Origin: a virus
UHGV virus genome: UHGV-0212824
Reading direction: 5' to 3' (one strand)
DNA: 5,993 nt
Shown: positions 5,810 through 5,993 of the stretch, piece after piece
Layout: each line of letters begins with the position of its first letter
Numbering within the stretch: the first letter of the stretch is position 1
Position numbers and translations under genes: made by a program
Notes under the pieces: model-generated
What the model saw: only the letters and a program-made list of their open reading frames with translations
What the model was told of the DNA's origin: nothing
The model's database searches: none

Positions 5810-5988
5810 GGAGCAATAGAGGGCGCGTAGCCCTCCTTAGCGTCTAGCTCCTTAATATCGCCGAAGGCGCACACCACGGCTTTAGCCGGGTGCACGCCCT
5901 CATATAAATCTGTTCCTTAAGGAAACTGTCCGTTATTCTTTCACTGTCAATCCTCCCCTATAAACACCTAAACCCTGCGCGGAGCGCA
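5810..5988 (+). other. GC-rich hairpin cluster, putative single-strand origin (part 1; continues at 4-89 if circular)
   Basis: GAGGGC/GCCCTC (5819-5835), CGCC-GAA-GGCG (5859-5869), CACC-A-CGGC-TTTA-GCCG-GGTG (5872-5892), palindrome TTCCTTAAGGAA (5913-5924), TGCGC-GGA-GCGCA (5976-5988), and TAGCGT at 5838-5843. Confidence 0.55.
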
Positions 5989-5993
5989 AATTA

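Larger units (their letters stand above)
1..5993 (-). mobile_element. Microviridae (ssDNA phage) genome, near-complete or complete, Bacteroidota-associated type
   Basis: All three microvirus hallmark genes (VP1, VP2, VP4) are intact, co-oriented and tightly packed. No host genes are present, the size is typical, and both window ends fall in the same kind of GC-rich non-coding DNA. No terminal direct repeat is visible, so circularity is inferred. Confidence 0.95.

Noticed and set aside
5772..5993. tRNA, CRISPR array or known riboswitch in the GC-rich region
   Set aside because: No cloverleaf with T-loop consensus, no regularly spaced repeats and no recognisable riboswitch consensus.

Overview
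The window looks like an essentially complete (~6.0 kb, probably circular) genome of a ssDNA phage of the Microviridae, most likely infecting Bacteroidota. All nine credible genes lie on the - strand in one direction: a Bacteroides-type -33/-7 promoter, five small accessory ORFs, major capsid protein VP1 (649 aa), a 102-aa protein (possible scaffolding protein), DNA pilot protein VP2 and HUH rolling-circle Rep VP4. Two non-coding regions remain: 2169-2371 and a GC-rich, hairpin-dense stretch joining the window ends (5772-5993 plus 1-100). The most interesting signal is that three independent features (a pC194/phiX174-like CTTG|ATA nick site, strand-specific GNA-triloop/sheared G.A DNA hairpins, and strong T-richness) all point to the NON-coding (+) strand as the displaced/packaged strand, the reverse of phiX174. 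The accessory block includes a small lipoprotein (lysis or exclusion candidate) and a protein ending in a beta-clamp-like motif (QLKLF). All calls come from reading motifs by eye; no database search was run.
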